A DNA stretch of 64,000 bases from Synechococcus sp. (lineage in GTDB: Bacteria > Cyanobacteriota > Cyanobacteriia > Thermostichales > PCC-7336): contig JBFRWN010000141.1 in NCBI GenBank assembly GCA_051439605.1, positions 1-64,000 of the forward strand, in the 5' to 3' direction. Positions 42,108-52,984 of the stretch are shown in pieces. Below the pieces are notes generated by a model, which had not been told where the DNA came from, did no database searches, and saw only the letters and a list, made by a program, of their open reading frames with translations. The position numbers were made by a program, and so were the translations under genes. How positions within the stretch are numbered: position 1 is the first letter of the stretch; each line of letters begins with the position of its first letter.

Positions 42108-43010
42108 TTAGTCGGACAAATCGTCATACAAGATGGTCTGAAAGACCTCCGGTGCCATGAATCCCCCCCCCCACTCATCGTCTAAATCGGCGGTGGGATC
42201 GGAGGTAATAAACTCGTCCAGCGTCTGACCGTCAGAGATCGCCTCCAGCGTGCGCTCCCGAACATCCACCAGCATGTCTCGATAGACCTCCAGTTCATCC
42301 ACTGTGGAAAGTTCCCCGTGACCGGGAATGATGGTGGTATCATCATCTGCCAATGCCAGTAGCTGGTCGGCTGCCGCGATCAGGCCTTCAATCGATCCAC
42401 CGCTTTCAGCATCCACAAAGGGATAGGAACCGTTGAAATAGGTATCTCCCGCATGGATGACATTGGCTTCGGGGAAATACACTACTGCGTCGCCATCTGT
42501 ATGGGCAGCAGCGACGTGAAACACCTCCACCGCCTCGCCATTAAGGTGGAACGTGACGGCTTCGCTAAAGGTAATGACAGGTAAGGCCCCTTCTGGAGAT
42601 GCAGGAAACTCCATGCCGATGGCTTCCAGAACGTTCTCGACGCTCATGCGTTCTCGAACATTATCGTGGGCCACGATGAGGGTGCCACTTTCCCCTAGAA
42701 CTTCGTTGCCCCCTGTATGGTCAAAATGCCAGTGGGTATTAATGACAAACTCGATTGGGCGATCGCTCAGTTCTTCCACTGCCGCCTGTAACTTCTCTGT
42801 CATGGGGGCGAGGCTGTCGTCAATTAAAAAAACCCCATCCTCCCCCACAAATACCCCCACGTTTCCGCCACTTCCTAGCAAGACGTGAATAGCATCTGTG
42901 ATGGATTGAGTGGTAAAGGCGTCCTCATCTTGGGCAATAACTTTGCTGTCAACTGCTGCTATTACCCCAATGGCAGTACTCAGCAGCAAAGCCAGTGAAT
43001 GACGAAACAT
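42108..43010 (-). CDS. Secreted metallo-beta-lactamase-fold hydrolase
   Basis: Signal peptide; THWHFDHTGGN, AHTDGD and IPGHG motifs. Confidence 0.88.
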   Translation of the reverse strand: MFRHSLALLLSTAIGVIAAVDSKVIAQDEDAFTTQSITDAIHVLLGSGGNVGVFVGEDGVFLIDDSLAPMTEKLQAAVEELSDRPIEFVINTHWHFDHTGGNEVLGESGTLIVAHDNVRERMSVENVLEAIGMEFPASPEGALPVITFSEAVTFHLNGEAVEVFHVAAAHTDGDAVVYFPEANVIHAGDTYFNGSYPFVDAESGGSIEGLIAAADQLLALADDDTTIIPGHGELSTVDELEVYRDMLVDVRERTLEAISDGQTLDEFITSDPTADLDDEWGGGFMAPEVFQTILYDDLSD

Positions 43011-43203
43011 AGACCTTTCCTAACGTAGTGTAGTGTGATCGCCGCCAAGCCACTGAGGACATTTCGTCAGCCCAGCCTCCCGATCGGATGAGATCGCCGT
43101 CTAAAGCAACACGTCCACAACTATAAAAAATACGCCACCTCTCTGGAGGAGGCTCGCGATCGAGGGCTGGATAATATGAGAATGTTCTCAGCGAGTGATT
43201 AGC

Positions 43204-43989
43204 CTAGCTTGAGATTGAGCCATGGCGGTAAACCATGGTAGCTGCTGACTGATCGGTGGGCATGACGATGACATCGGCAATATTGACGTGCGCCGGTCGA
43301 TTGGCGCAGAACACTACAATCTCCGCCACATCGTCGGCCGTGAGCGGGGTCATGTTCTCGTAGGTCTTGGCAGCCCGGTCGGTATCGCCATGAAAGCGAA
43401 TGTTGCTGAAGTTGGTTTCCACCAAACCGGGATCGACGGAGGAGACGCGGATGGGGCTGCCGTGAAGATCTTTTTTCAGAGCTTGCGTGATGGCTTTGAC
43501 GGCAAACTTTGTCGCGCAGTAAACGCTGCCGCCCGGATAGGCTTCGTGGCCGGCGGTAGAGCCAATATTAATTACGTGACCCGAACTTCGTTCCAACATG
43601 CCCGGCACCACTAAACGGGTAACGTACAGCAACCCTTTGATGTTGGTGTCGATCATCTCTTCCCAGTCCCGAACGTCTGCATCCTGCAGCTTGTCTAGTC
43701 CGCGGCTGAGTCCGGCATTGTTGACAAGCACGTCTATCTGGCTCCAAGAATTTGGTAAAGCTGCCAGCCCCGCTTCAACAGCGGGTCGATCGCACACATT
43801 CAACTGAAGCAGATGCGTTTCGCATCCAAACTCGGATTGAAGAGCTGCTGCCAGTGACTCCAGCTTTTCTATGCGGCGGGCAGCCAGAATCAGCTTTGCC
43901 CCCGCTCGGGCAAATTCACGCGCGCAGGATTCCCCAATACCGCTACTAGCGCCAGTAACCAGCACAATCGAGTTTTGCAAACGGGACAC
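43204..43989 (-). CDS. NADP-dependent SDR oxidoreductase (YdfG-like)
   Basis: TGASSGIG, NNAG and YCATK motifs. Confidence 0.9.
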   Translation of the reverse strand: MSRLQNSIVLVTGASSGIGESCAREFARAGAKLILAARRIEKLESLAAALQSEFGCETHLLQLNVCDRPAVEAGLAALPNSWSQIDVLVNNAGLSRGLDKLQDADVRDWEEMIDTNIKGLLYVTRLVVPGMLERSSGHVINIGSTAGHEAYPGGSVYCATKFAVKAITQALKKDLHGSPIRVSSVDPGLVETNFSNIRFHGDTDRAAKTYENMTPLTADDVAEIVVFCANRPAHVNIADVIVMPTDQSAATMVYRHGSISS

Positions 43990-44078
43990 AAGGACTTCTC
44001 CAAAGTTTGCTGCCGTTTTCGAGCTTACTCAATATTCACTTTTGATATACACAGATACTCTGAGAGCATTCTCCCTTG

Positions 44079-44957
44079 CTAGAACTGCACGTTGAGGGAC
44101 CAGTCGTAATCAAAAAACTTCACTTCGTAGTCCCCTGCTTTTAGATAGTCAATATCGCCTTCGTCTGCATACTGACTGACAAAATTCAATACTGCTTTCT
44201 GGGCGCTGTTGCCGGTAAAACCCTCTTCAACACCGTAGCTTGGTTCCCAGTCGGACGTGAACCAATCAAAAATCTTGGATAAATAGACCGTGTTACCCTC
44301 ACGATCAATGCGGAATCCATCTGACTTAGCCAGCCATTGTTCTACCTGCTCGTCCAGTTGCGCATCAAGGAGCTCGCCCACGTAGGGTTCGGCGCGCAGC
44401 AACGGGCAACTGAGGGCTGCGCACACCAATGCCGCATGGACTCGAGGTTCATCGTAAAACTTGCGCAGGATGCCGTGCTCGATGCCATCCAGGGTTTTCT
44501 CGCCGCCATAGACGGCGTGGCGGCGCACCCGCCATACCCCCAAGATGTCTTTGATGCTGGGCTTGATGGGATCTTGGTCGATAATCGACATGAGCGTGAT
44601 GGCGTTGTAGGCATTCACCCAATAGGCAATTTGCTCGTCCTCGCTCCAGCTGTTGTAGGTTGCTTCGTCCAGCGCCGCTAAGTCAGCCAAATACGTATCT
44701 AAAGGTTCTCGGTTGGCCTGCAATCCTTCGTAGTCCACCAATCCCCGCTCGTCCACGTAAGTTGCCAATACCTCTGCATACAATTCCGTGCGAATGGTGC
44801 CGGGCTCTACCGCCTCCTGCACGGCGGGTTCTGGGGAACGGGAGACAATGGCACCGCAACTGGCGAAGAAAATGGAAGCGGCGATCGCCAGCGACCAGTG
44901 TTTGAGCCAAGTCAATTTCGTACGAGCTCCGAGAGCGTTAGACGAGGACGAAGTCAT
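44079..44957 (-). CDS. DUF547 lipoprotein
   Basis: Lipobox FASC; AYWVNAYNA, PRVHAALVCAALSCP, SKIFDWF and YDWSLN motifs. Confidence 0.88.
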   Translation of the reverse strand: MTSSSSNALGARTKLTWLKHWSLAIAASIFFASCGAIVSRSPEPAVQEAVEPGTIRTELYAEVLATYVDERGLVDYEGLQANREPLDTYLADLAALDEATYNSWSEDEQIAYWVNAYNAITLMSIIDQDPIKPSIKDILGVWRVRRHAVYGGEKTLDGIEHGILRKFYDEPRVHAALVCAALSCPLLRAEPYVGELLDAQLDEQVEQWLAKSDGFRIDREGNTVYLSKIFDWFTSDWEPSYGVEEGFTGNSAQKAVLNFVSQYADEGDIDYLKAGDYEVKFFDYDWSLNVQF

Positions 44958-45014
44958 AGGGTAGGCAACACAGCGCAACTCTACTTATGGAAACTCTTCA
45001 AGCTGAGCTTTTCT

Positions 45015-47165
45015 TTAGAGCAACTCTAATGTTTCCTCATGCTCGGCTTGCGCCACCCGCCTGCGATCGGCAGCCCAAGTTTTCCAAGCAGTAAGGGCGA
45101 TACCGAGTACAAACGGTAGCCAGAGAACTAAGCGTTCGCGATCGCTCAGAAACCAGCTGGGGTCGCTTAAAAACTTACGGTGGGGCAACAGAAAATACAC
45201 AAACGTTGAAAGACTCACAAAAAGACTGCCCCAGTTACGGCTGGCAGCAGCAAAGGGCATAACCCAGGAGAAATACCACAGATGAATAATGGGGGAGAGT
45301 GAGAGCAGAATTAAAAAGAATTTTTCTGCAAAGCCTAGGAAATGGCGGCAGTTCGGTATCAGAAAGAGGGTAGCTGCAACCAAAGGGGGACCGTAGATCC
45401 AGTTTGCCTTAAGTGTGTCTGGCCACAGCAAACTGGCGAGGTAAGGAATAAATTCCGCACTGCGGCCATTGGAGACAAAAGAAGAACTGATGGGGATTAG
45501 GTGGCAGCTACCCTCCAAACAAAAGGGTAGTGCGGAGATGGTCACGGGCAGAAAACCGACCAGAAGAGTTAGAAGGGCAAATCCCAGATTGCGTTCGCGC
45601 CAAGCTTTCCAGCCAACAAATCCTAGCAAGGGTAACGAAACCCATTTCACCGCAATGCTCAGCCCCAGGCAAGCCGCGACCCCTAACCAACGGAAGGTAC
45701 CGTGAGCCCGATCGGCGATCGCCCATGCAAGCACGATGGGGAGCATAAACCAACTATCGTAATGCGCGCCCCCCGCAAAGCTATAAATAATCACAGGATT
45801 CCATGCATAGAGCACTGCATTACTGGCTCCAAACCAGTGCAGAAGCAATCCACATATCACCAGATCGGCTGTCACAAACCCGAGTTTAAACATCAAAACA
45901 GAAGGTTGTATCCAGGCCAGAACTCGAAAGCCCAACTGCGATAGGGGAGGGTAAATCGCCGTAACTCCAGGGTGATTAATAGCACTCCACCAAGGCGTTC
46001 GCAACGGAGTTAACTCCGGAGCATTAGGAGGAAAATCGTAGGGACTTAACCCCTGATTTTGCAGCAGTCCCTCCCATAAATACCTCCAGATGTCGTCTCC
46101 AGGAGCCATCCTCAGCAGAATGAAACGGGTGGCGATCGCCACAAGCCAAAACTGCCATTTCCCACAGGCGCCATACTGCCAACTCAGGAAAAATCCCGCC
46201 CCCATCAGGATCGCTCCAAACCAGAACGCGGGTTGCACCCCTTGGAGGTAAAAATCACCGTTTGGTGCCAGGACGATCGCTCCTAGAATCAACAGAACTG
46301 CACTCAGCGAAGAGCCCCACCCTACCCATTCGGAATTGTCAGACCGATCGAGATGAATGGCCTGTTTTCGATTGTCTAGAAGGTCTTGCTGCCACCACCT
46401 TCGCAAATACAGTCTTGCCAAGGTCCCCAAAATGGCTTTGCCAGCTCGAAAGCTACCCAGGAGAGAGCCAGAAATTTTTGACACTCCCCCTTGGCGGGAT
46501 TTATACCTTACGGGAATCTCGCAGATCGCTAGGTTCTCTTCCACTGCTCGGACTTGCATTTCTAAGGTCCAGCCAAAACTGCGATCAACTAGCTGCAATT
46601 TTTCCAGAGCAGTGCGATGAACGATCCTGAAAGGACCTAAATCTCGGTAGCGATACCCCCACCCCCATCGGATGAGTGTGGTTGCCAGCCAGTTTCCAAA
46701 GCGCTGAACAGAGGTTAAGTGCTGTCGACTGGAGGCCAGGCTTGAGCGATCGCCCAGAACAAAATCCGCCTGTTCGCATGCCGTAAAGAAGTCCGATAAG
46801 TTGGACAGATCGTCGCTACCATCTCCATCGCAGAACAATACCCATTCAATATCGGAGTTGATGTTTTGAATTCCTCTCCAACAGGCTTGTCCGTATCCTG
46901 GAACAGGCTCTACAATCACTTGAGCTCCAGCCGCTTTAGCCCGTTCGGCAGTCCGATCCACACTGCCATTGTCAACGACACGAATGGCTTGAATTCCCCG
47001 TGCGCGAAGCGCATGTACCACACCTTCAATCGTTTCTGACTCGTTGAGGGCGGGCACGACAACAAGTGTTTTAGTAGCAATATTCTCCCAGTCGCGTTTT
47101 TTTGTTAAGGGAGTTGACAAACAGGTACGATCAATTTCCATACCGGTAAGACTGTTGCCTCTCAT
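45015..47165 (-). CDS. GT2 (polyprenol-phosphate sugar synthase-like) fused to a multi-pass GT-C (DUF2029/GT87-like) domain
   Basis: N-terminal VVDNGS, DGDGSD and DLGPFR; C-terminal TM domain with DDIWRYLWEG, IYPP and YAWNP. Confidence 0.85.
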   Translation of the reverse strand: MRGNSLTGMEIDRTCLSTPLTKKRDWENIATKTLVVVPALNESETIEGVVHALRARGIQAIRVVDNGSVDRTAERAKAAGAQVIVEPVPGYGQACWRGIQNINSDIEWVLFCDGDGSDDLSNLSDFFTACEQADFVLGDRSSLASSRQHLTSVQRFGNWLATTLIRWGWGYRYRDLGPFRIVHRTALEKLQLVDRSFGWTLEMQVRAVEENLAICEIPVRYKSRQGGVSKISGSLLGSFRAGKAILGTLARLYLRRWWQQDLLDNRKQAIHLDRSDNSEWVGWGSSLSAVLLILGAIVLAPNGDFYLQGVQPAFWFGAILMGAGFFLSWQYGACGKWQFWLVAIATRFILLRMAPGDDIWRYLWEGLLQNQGLSPYDFPPNAPELTPLRTPWWSAINHPGVTAIYPPLSQLGFRVLAWIQPSVLMFKLGFVTADLVICGLLLHWFGASNAVLYAWNPVIIYSFAGGAHYDSWFMLPIVLAWAIADRAHGTFRWLGVAACLGLSIAVKWVSLPLLGFVGWKAWRERNLGFALLTLLVGFLPVTISALPFCLEGSCHLIPISSSFVSNGRSAEFIPYLASLLWPDTLKANWIYGPPLVAATLFLIPNCRHFLGFAEKFFLILLSLSPIIHLWYFSWVMPFAAASRNWGSLFVSLSTFVYFLLPHRKFLSDPSWFLSDRERLVLWLPFVLGIALTAWKTWAADRRRVAQAEHEETLELL

Positions 47166-47464
47166 TCCTAGGCATTCATCATGGAACCGGGCTTAAGCAA
47201 CCTCCTTAAAATTTCATAAGGATGCCATGAGAAAGACAGTGGTTGTTATCTAGGCAGTCGTTAACTATGGATCTTGACATTTCAGTTAAAACAGAAAGAG
47301 CTATGCTCAGCCAGGGATTTGGCTAGCTAAAATGGCCCAAGTGACTTGACGGTCACCATATCAATTCGCTAGGGCTATCTCAGTCATCTTGGACTATTGT
47401 TTAACAACTTGATTGCCACGTGCCTGACATGGCAACAGCGATCGACAATCCGCACCGTCAGCGC

Positions 47465-49027
47465 TTACAAAGCAGCGGTCTCCAGCATCAATTTGGTGCG
47501 CTTGAGGGGATCGGGGATAGAGATAGGGTAGTTTCCGGTGAAGCAAGCGGAACAGAAACTCTCGGGATCGCGGCCGGTAGCCTTCAGCATGCCTTCCCAG
47601 CTCAGATAGGCGAGCGAATCTACCCCGATGTGAGCTTCGATTTCCTTGACAGACTTTTGGGCGGCAATGAGTTGTTCTTGGTTGTCGGTGTCGATGCCGT
47701 AAAAGCAGGGGTGGGTAACCGGCGGACTAGAAATGCGCATGTGGACTTCGCAAGCTCCAGCATCTCGCAATGCTTGAACGATTTTGCGGCTAGTAGTGCC
47801 CCTCACAATCGAATCATCCACCAAAACAATCCGCTTGCCCTTTAGAACATCTTTGAGTGGGTTCAGCTTCATGCGGATACCCCGCTCCCGCATGGCTTGG
47901 GTGGGTTGAATAAACGTCCGGCCCACATAGTGGTTTTTAATCAGGCCATCCATGTAGGGGGTGTGCAGGGTATTGGCAAATCCGATGGCTGCAGGGCGGC
48001 CAGAGTCGGGGACCGCCACTACGTAATCGACGTCCACCGGAGATTCTTCCGCTAGTATTTCCCCTAACCGCGTCCGGTAGGTATACAAGCTTTCGTCATG
48101 AACGGTACTGTCTGGGCGAGCAAAATAAATCATTTCAAAGACGCACAGCTTAGGAACTGCTTCAGCCCAACGATGGGATTCCAACCCCTCTTCAGTAATG
48201 ACGACCAGTTCGCCGGGCTCCACCGATCGCACGTACTCAGCCCCAATAATGTCGAGAGCACAGGTTTCAGAAGCCAGCACGTAGCGGGGAGCGGTGCGGT
48301 CACCGTTCATTTCGGGATGGCTAGCAGGCAGGATACCAATCACCAAAGGACGAATACCGTTAGGATCGCGTGCGCCCATGATGGCGTGAGGGGTGGCGAT
48401 CGCCAAGCTAAAGGCTCCTTGACAGCGTTTTAGAGCAGCAATGGTGCCGTTTATCCAGTCATCTCCGTTATCGATTTCCTGGGCAATGACATGGGCAATC
48501 CCTTCTGAGTCAGTGCTGCTCATCAAGTGGTGACCCGCCTGCTCCAACTGGGCGCGCATCTCGCGGGCATTGACCAAGTTGCCATTATGGGCGATCGCCA
48601 CACTGCCCAAACGCGTGGGCACAATCACGGGTTGGGCATTGTTGACATGACTGGAACCAGTGGTGGAATAGCGAGTGTGGCCGATAGCGTGGGTGCCCAC
48701 CATTTCTGCCAAGCGCTCGTTATCGAACACCTGAGATACCAAGCCCATATCTTTCTGGACGTGGACTGTGTCCCTGTCAAATGTGGCGATGCCCGCAGAT
48801 TCTTGGCCACGATGCTGCAAAGCAAACAGGCCAAAGTAGGACAGCTTTGCCACTTCCTCTTCGGGGGCAAGTATTCCAAAAACGCCGCAAGCCTCCTCTG
48901 GTTTGTCGGATGCACTGGCCACATCCGCGAAAAATACATCGTCAGCAGCAATGGTAGTTTGGGGGGCTGCGTTTCCGGTTCCCATATTGATGATGTTCCT
49001 CGTGGAGGGCGGCTGATTGGTTTGCAA
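47465..49027 (-). CDS. purF: Amidophosphoribosyltransferase
   Basis: EEA|CGVFG, LQHRGQE, VDDSIVRGTT and CSAC motifs; start may be ATG 48985. Confidence 0.97.
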   Translation of the reverse strand: MQTNQPPSTRNIINMGTGNAAPQTTIAADDVFFADVASASDKPEEACGVFGILAPEEEVAKLSYFGLFALQHRGQESAGIATFDRDTVHVQKDMGLVSQVFDNERLAEMVGTHAIGHTRYSTTGSSHVNNAQPVIVPTRLGSVAIAHNGNLVNAREMRAQLEQAGHHLMSSTDSEGIAHVIAQEIDNGDDWINGTIAALKRCQGAFSLAIATPHAIMGARDPNGIRPLVIGILPASHPEMNGDRTAPRYVLASETCALDIIGAEYVRSVEPGELVVITEEGLESHRWAEAVPKLCVFEMIYFARPDSTVHDESLYTYRTRLGEILAEESPVDVDYVVAVPDSGRPAAIGFANTLHTPYMDGLIKNHYVGRTFIQPTQAMRERGIRMKLNPLKDVLKGKRIVLVDDSIVRGTTSRKIVQALRDAGACEVHMRISSPPVTHPCFYGIDTDNQEQLIAAQKSVKEIEAHIGVDSLAYLSWEGMLKATGRDPESFCSACFTGNYPISIPDPLKRTKLMLETAAL

Positions 49028-49308
49028 GAAAACTTTAAGGTTAGTTTAACTTGGCTGCGCAACCTGATTATTGATGTGCGCTCAAAACAGGCGAATGAGC
49101 TGCGTCAGCTAGGACTGAGGAATAGCTTACTTTCAGGGTAACAGCAATAGATTGGGCCATACGTCACGGGATTGCCTCGAGAACGCTCTATTGTGAAAGA
49201 CAAGCGCTGAATGCGGCTGGCTTGGTGAAGCGTTCGTCGCTCTGGCCGAGCAACAAGTGCATATCTCGACCGCTAACTCTCTTACGATTGAATCGTGGAA
49301 TTGGCCAT

Positions 49309-51942
49309 ATGGACATCCACATAATTGCAAAAAAGATCGATACGCATCTTAAAAAGTCTCAGTGGTCTCAAGCCATTGCAATGTGTCAAAAGACCCTGGA
49401 ACAGGCCCCAAACAACGTGCAACTTCATTGCTGGTTAGGTCAAGCCTATACCGGCCTTGGAGAGTATGAGAAGGCACTCTCTATTTATCGCAAAGCCTGT
49501 CAATTGCAGCCCAGCAGTGCGGGTATCTATGGAGAACTTGGACAGCTCTATCATCAAATGCAACAGTGGTCTCAAGCCATAGCCTGCTATCAAAAAGCGC
49601 TATCCATCAATCCCGACTGGGCTGAATTGCATTACAACCTTAGCCTGATCTTTTACGAGTTAGGGGATTGGGAGGGAGCTCTTGACCAAGTTCAAGAGGC
49701 AATTCGCCTCAAACCAGATGGAGTTAATTCGAGATGCAATTTAGCATTTCTATACTCTCGGATGGGGAAACGAGCTGACGCGATCGAGGTCTATCGACAA
49801 GTCATCGCCGCCCATCCAGATCGGATTTCGGTCTATAACAATTTGGCCGATCTCTTATTCCAATCTAAAGACTATACAGAGTCGATCGAGATTTGCCGGC
49901 AGGGCATAACGGTTTCCCCCGATCCTCAACTGCTCGGTAATTTAGGACAAGCTTACTTGGCCACGAATAATTTAAGTGAAGCAATTCAATGCTTCGAGCA
50001 GGCGATCGAATTAGATAGAACATCAAGTTTTGCCCATCATAATCTAGGGCGTATATGGTATCGTTTCGATGATTATCGGAAGGCAAAACAATTTTTTGCC
50101 AAGACAGTTGAACTGCTTCCCAACAACGCAGAAGCCCTCAACGACTTTGGAACGGTCTCGTTCGACCTAGGAGAGTGGGAGGAAGCATTTTCAGCTTTTC
50201 GAAGTGGGATTGCTCTACAACCTGAATTCGTAGATTACTATTGTCGTCAAGACCTTCGAAAGCCATCTCAAAACGAGCGGGAGCGGGCTCAGTCGGTTTG
50301 CAGGGACTTTCTTAAATCCCTCGTAGAAGAGAACAAGACCGCTGCAATCTTGAATCGGCTAGCTGAAGTCTATCGAAACCAAGCAGAGATTTCTTTCTCG
50401 TATGGTGCATTAGCCAGAGCCGAGACCTTTTTTCAAAAAGCCATCAGGATTCAACCGCAGAGAAATGAGCTGTATTCTCAGCTCGGCAATTGTCTAGAAA
50501 AACAAGGACGATCGGATGCGGCTGTCGCTATCTACAGTATGGCTAAACTGCTCAGGTCGCAGGAGTGGCAGCAGTCCTCACCACTGAGCCTGCTATCGAA
50601 GAAATCTGCAGCTAATCTCACGAAGAATCGTCAACAGACCTTTAGAGTCAATTCAAAGATTACGAAATCACCCCTTAAAGGCATTTATGCCAATACTGAA
50701 AACTGGGTGATGGCTACTCAATCTGCTGAGGTAGAGTTATTTCCCATTAGCTTGCAATCCAGCAATCCCGAGTTGCACGAGCCAGTCATTCCCCAAGCGT
50801 CAAGCTCGACTGCGAAGGTGGACGACTGCGGCGGAGTTACCTGTCGATCGTGTATGTCTCGGTTGATTGATGCCTTTCAGCCCAGTCAACTAGGGCCTCA
50901 GGTTTATAAATGCAACCCCCCAGCTTTTGAACTGTTTTCTACGTTTTCCAGATTTGTAGTGGTCATTCCTCGCGGTAAAGCTTGGATTACACCTCAGAAA
51001 AATGACTGGTTAATTTGCAAAGAGATCGCCATTACAACAGAAGATGGGTATCTGTTGGGAGATATTTCAAGGTTTTATCCGTGGTATTTACCAGGTTGCA
51101 CTAGGCACGATCTCGGTCAACATCCTATCTTTGAGATGTCCAAGCTCCCGGCAGCGCAAGATTTAGACGGAACGGTTGCTGTCCTTTCAGGTTTGTCGGG
51201 ACATATTTACTATCATTGGATGATGGATGTTCTACCTCGCATAGGACTCTTGTCTCAAGCTGATTTCGATTTAGATTCTATCGACTGGTTCGTCATCAAT
51301 AGTCTTGACAAGCCTTTTCAAAAAGAGACCTTGAAAGCTCTAGGTATCCCACAAGAGAAGCTGATACAGTCCGATATCATCCCCCACATTCAGGCCGACA
51401 AATTAGTGGTGCCATCATTTCCTGGAGAGCTGGACTGGGTTCCTCAGCATACGATTGAGTTTCTGCGTCACCATTTCCTAGAGACTTCAACATTACAGGC
51501 AGATAAACGTATTTATCCTAAAAAAATATACATCAGTCGTGCCCATGCTCAATATCGTCGACTCGTCAATGAAGAGCAGGTTGTTGAGTTATTACGTGGT
51601 TATGGCTTTCAGACCGTTTATTTAGAGCAGCTGACGGTTGCAGAGCAAGCCAAAATGTTTTCGGTTGCAGAGGCAATTGTTGCCCCCCATGGGGCAGGAT
51701 TGACGAATTTGGTCTTTTGTCAAGCCGCAGCGAAAGTGATCGAGATTTTCTCCCCCGACTACCTCCGAACCGATTACTGGATGGTGAGTCAGCAGCTATC
51801 CCTAGAGCATTACTATGTTGTAGGTAGGCCATTTGAGGTTAGATTTATCGCGAGTTTGATGTACGAGAGTCCTTTGACGGAAGATATCCTGGTTGACTTA
51901 GACAGTCTTCGGGCAGCAATTTACGCAGGTAATATGCAGTAA
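49309..51942 (+). CDS. TPR-repeat protein fused to DUF563/GT61-like glycosyltransferase
   Basis: Many TPRs, then YYHWMMDVLPR, IYISR...RRLVNE and PHGAGLTN motifs. Confidence 0.88.
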   Translation: MDIHIIAKKIDTHLKKSQWSQAIAMCQKTLEQAPNNVQLHCWLGQAYTGLGEYEKALSIYRKACQLQPSSAGIYGELGQLYHQMQQWSQAIACYQKALSINPDWAELHYNLSLIFYELGDWEGALDQVQEAIRLKPDGVNSRCNLAFLYSRMGKRADAIEVYRQVIAAHPDRISVYNNLADLLFQSKDYTESIEICRQGITVSPDPQLLGNLGQAYLATNNLSEAIQCFEQAIELDRTSSFAHHNLGRIWYRFDDYRKAKQFFAKTVELLPNNAEALNDFGTVSFDLGEWEEAFSAFRSGIALQPEFVDYYCRQDLRKPSQNERERAQSVCRDFLKSLVEENKTAAILNRLAEVYRNQAEISFSYGALARAETFFQKAIRIQPQRNELYSQLGNCLEKQGRSDAAVAIYSMAKLLRSQEWQQSSPLSLLSKKSAANLTKNRQQTFRVNSKITKSPLKGIYANTENWVMATQSAEVELFPISLQSSNPELHEPVIPQASSSTAKVDDCGGVTCRSCMSRLIDAFQPSQLGPQVYKCNPPAFELFSTFSRFVVVIPRGKAWITPQKNDWLICKEIAITTEDGYLLGDISRFYPWYLPGCTRHDLGQHPIFEMSKLPAAQDLDGTVAVLSGLSGHIYYHWMMDVLPRIGLLSQADFDLDSIDWFVINSLDKPFQKETLKALGIPQEKLIQSDIIPHIQADKLVVPSFPGELDWVPQHTIEFLRHHFLETSTLQADKRIYPKKIYISRAHAQYRRLVNEEQVVELLRGYGFQTVYLEQLTVAEQAKMFSVAEAIVAPHGAGLTNLVFCQAAAKVIEIFSPDYLRTDYWMVSQQLSLEHYYVVGRPFEVRFIASLMYESPLTEDILVDLDSLRAAIYAGNMQ

Positions 51943-52117
51943 CACATTGTTTTCGTGGTATGCCATCCTTGAAAAAGTAGACACCTTCCAATGGGGGTAC
52001 ATCTATATGGTGAATATTCTGAGAAAAACAGGAGGAAGGTCAAAAACAATTGCCTAGCACCAGCCTTATCAGTGATTCATTAAACAGTGTCCTTCAAAAG
52101 CAATATTCCCCGAATTT

Positions 52118-52978
52118 ATGACTATGATTGGCAATTATGATTTAGATATATCAAGTTCAACTCGCGAGGGGAAAATAACTCGAGCAGCCATGCTCGTGGG
52201 GAGCGAACGAACTGGAACAAACTATTTGTGCAGTTTATTGAATAATCATCCAGAAATTGAGGCGAGATACGAAATTTTTGCCAATGTTGAAGCGATTTCT
52301 TTGAATATTGAAGACATTTTTTTGATTTCAAGGCTAGCAGGTCAAAACTTTCTCGATCGCAAAGATCCGCATTTGATCGCTTACCTAAAGCTAGACCCCA
52401 TAGCCGTCATCGAATTACTGCAAAGTCGATTACCAGAACGAAAGCAAATTCTTACTTTTAAAGTGTTTCCCAAGCATTTGTCGTTCGATTCCATGGAGGC
52501 AATGATTGCAAGGTATCAGCCTATTTTTACCGATAGAAGGGTGATTGATTCGTATATATCGTTTGTGAAAGCATTACAGAAAAAAGTTTGGATTCGCGAA
52601 GATACCACGAGCTACAAGCCTAACCTTAAAATCAGGCATTTCCTGAACTGGTACAAGCGAAATAAAGAGTTTTATGATTTCTGTGTTGATAAGTATCAGC
52701 AATACTATCCTTCCCGATCGCTTTCTGTGTTGCGCTACGAGGAGTTCGTTCAAGGGACAGACATCGAAAACCTATCGTATGCCTGCAAAATAATTGGTGA
52801 GGCAACTGCGACAGAGATAAATCCGGCTGGTATTAAACCTCAAACATCCTTTTACAAGCAAGATCGAAATGTTAATGTTGCAGACAAGGTTGAAAATTGG
52901 CCTGAGTTTAAGCACCAACTGCAGAAGCAAAATCTTCTAGATCGAGCTTTTGGATATTTTGTCCAATCAAACGACTAG
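52118..52978 (+). CDS. Sulfotransferase-like (Stf0/P-loop type)
   Basis: GSERTGTNYL (5'-PSB-like), DSYIS and LRYEE motifs. Confidence 0.7.
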   Translation: MTMIGNYDLDISSSTREGKITRAAMLVGSERTGTNYLCSLLNNHPEIEARYEIFANVEAISLNIEDIFLISRLAGQNFLDRKDPHLIAYLKLDPIAVIELLQSRLPERKQILTFKVFPKHLSFDSMEAMIARYQPIFTDRRVIDSYISFVKALQKKVWIREDTTSYKPNLKIRHFLNWYKRNKEFYDFCVDKYQQYYPSRSLSVLRYEEFVQGTDIENLSYACKIIGEATATEINPAGIKPQTSFYKQDRNVNVADKVENWPEFKHQLQKQNLLDRAFGYFVQSND

Positions 52979-52984
52979 CCTGTT

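Noticed and set aside
42108..43010. Antibiotic-resistance metallo-beta-lactamase
   Set aside because: The HxHxDH motif is shared by many MBL-fold hydrolases, and there is no mobile context or specific evidence.
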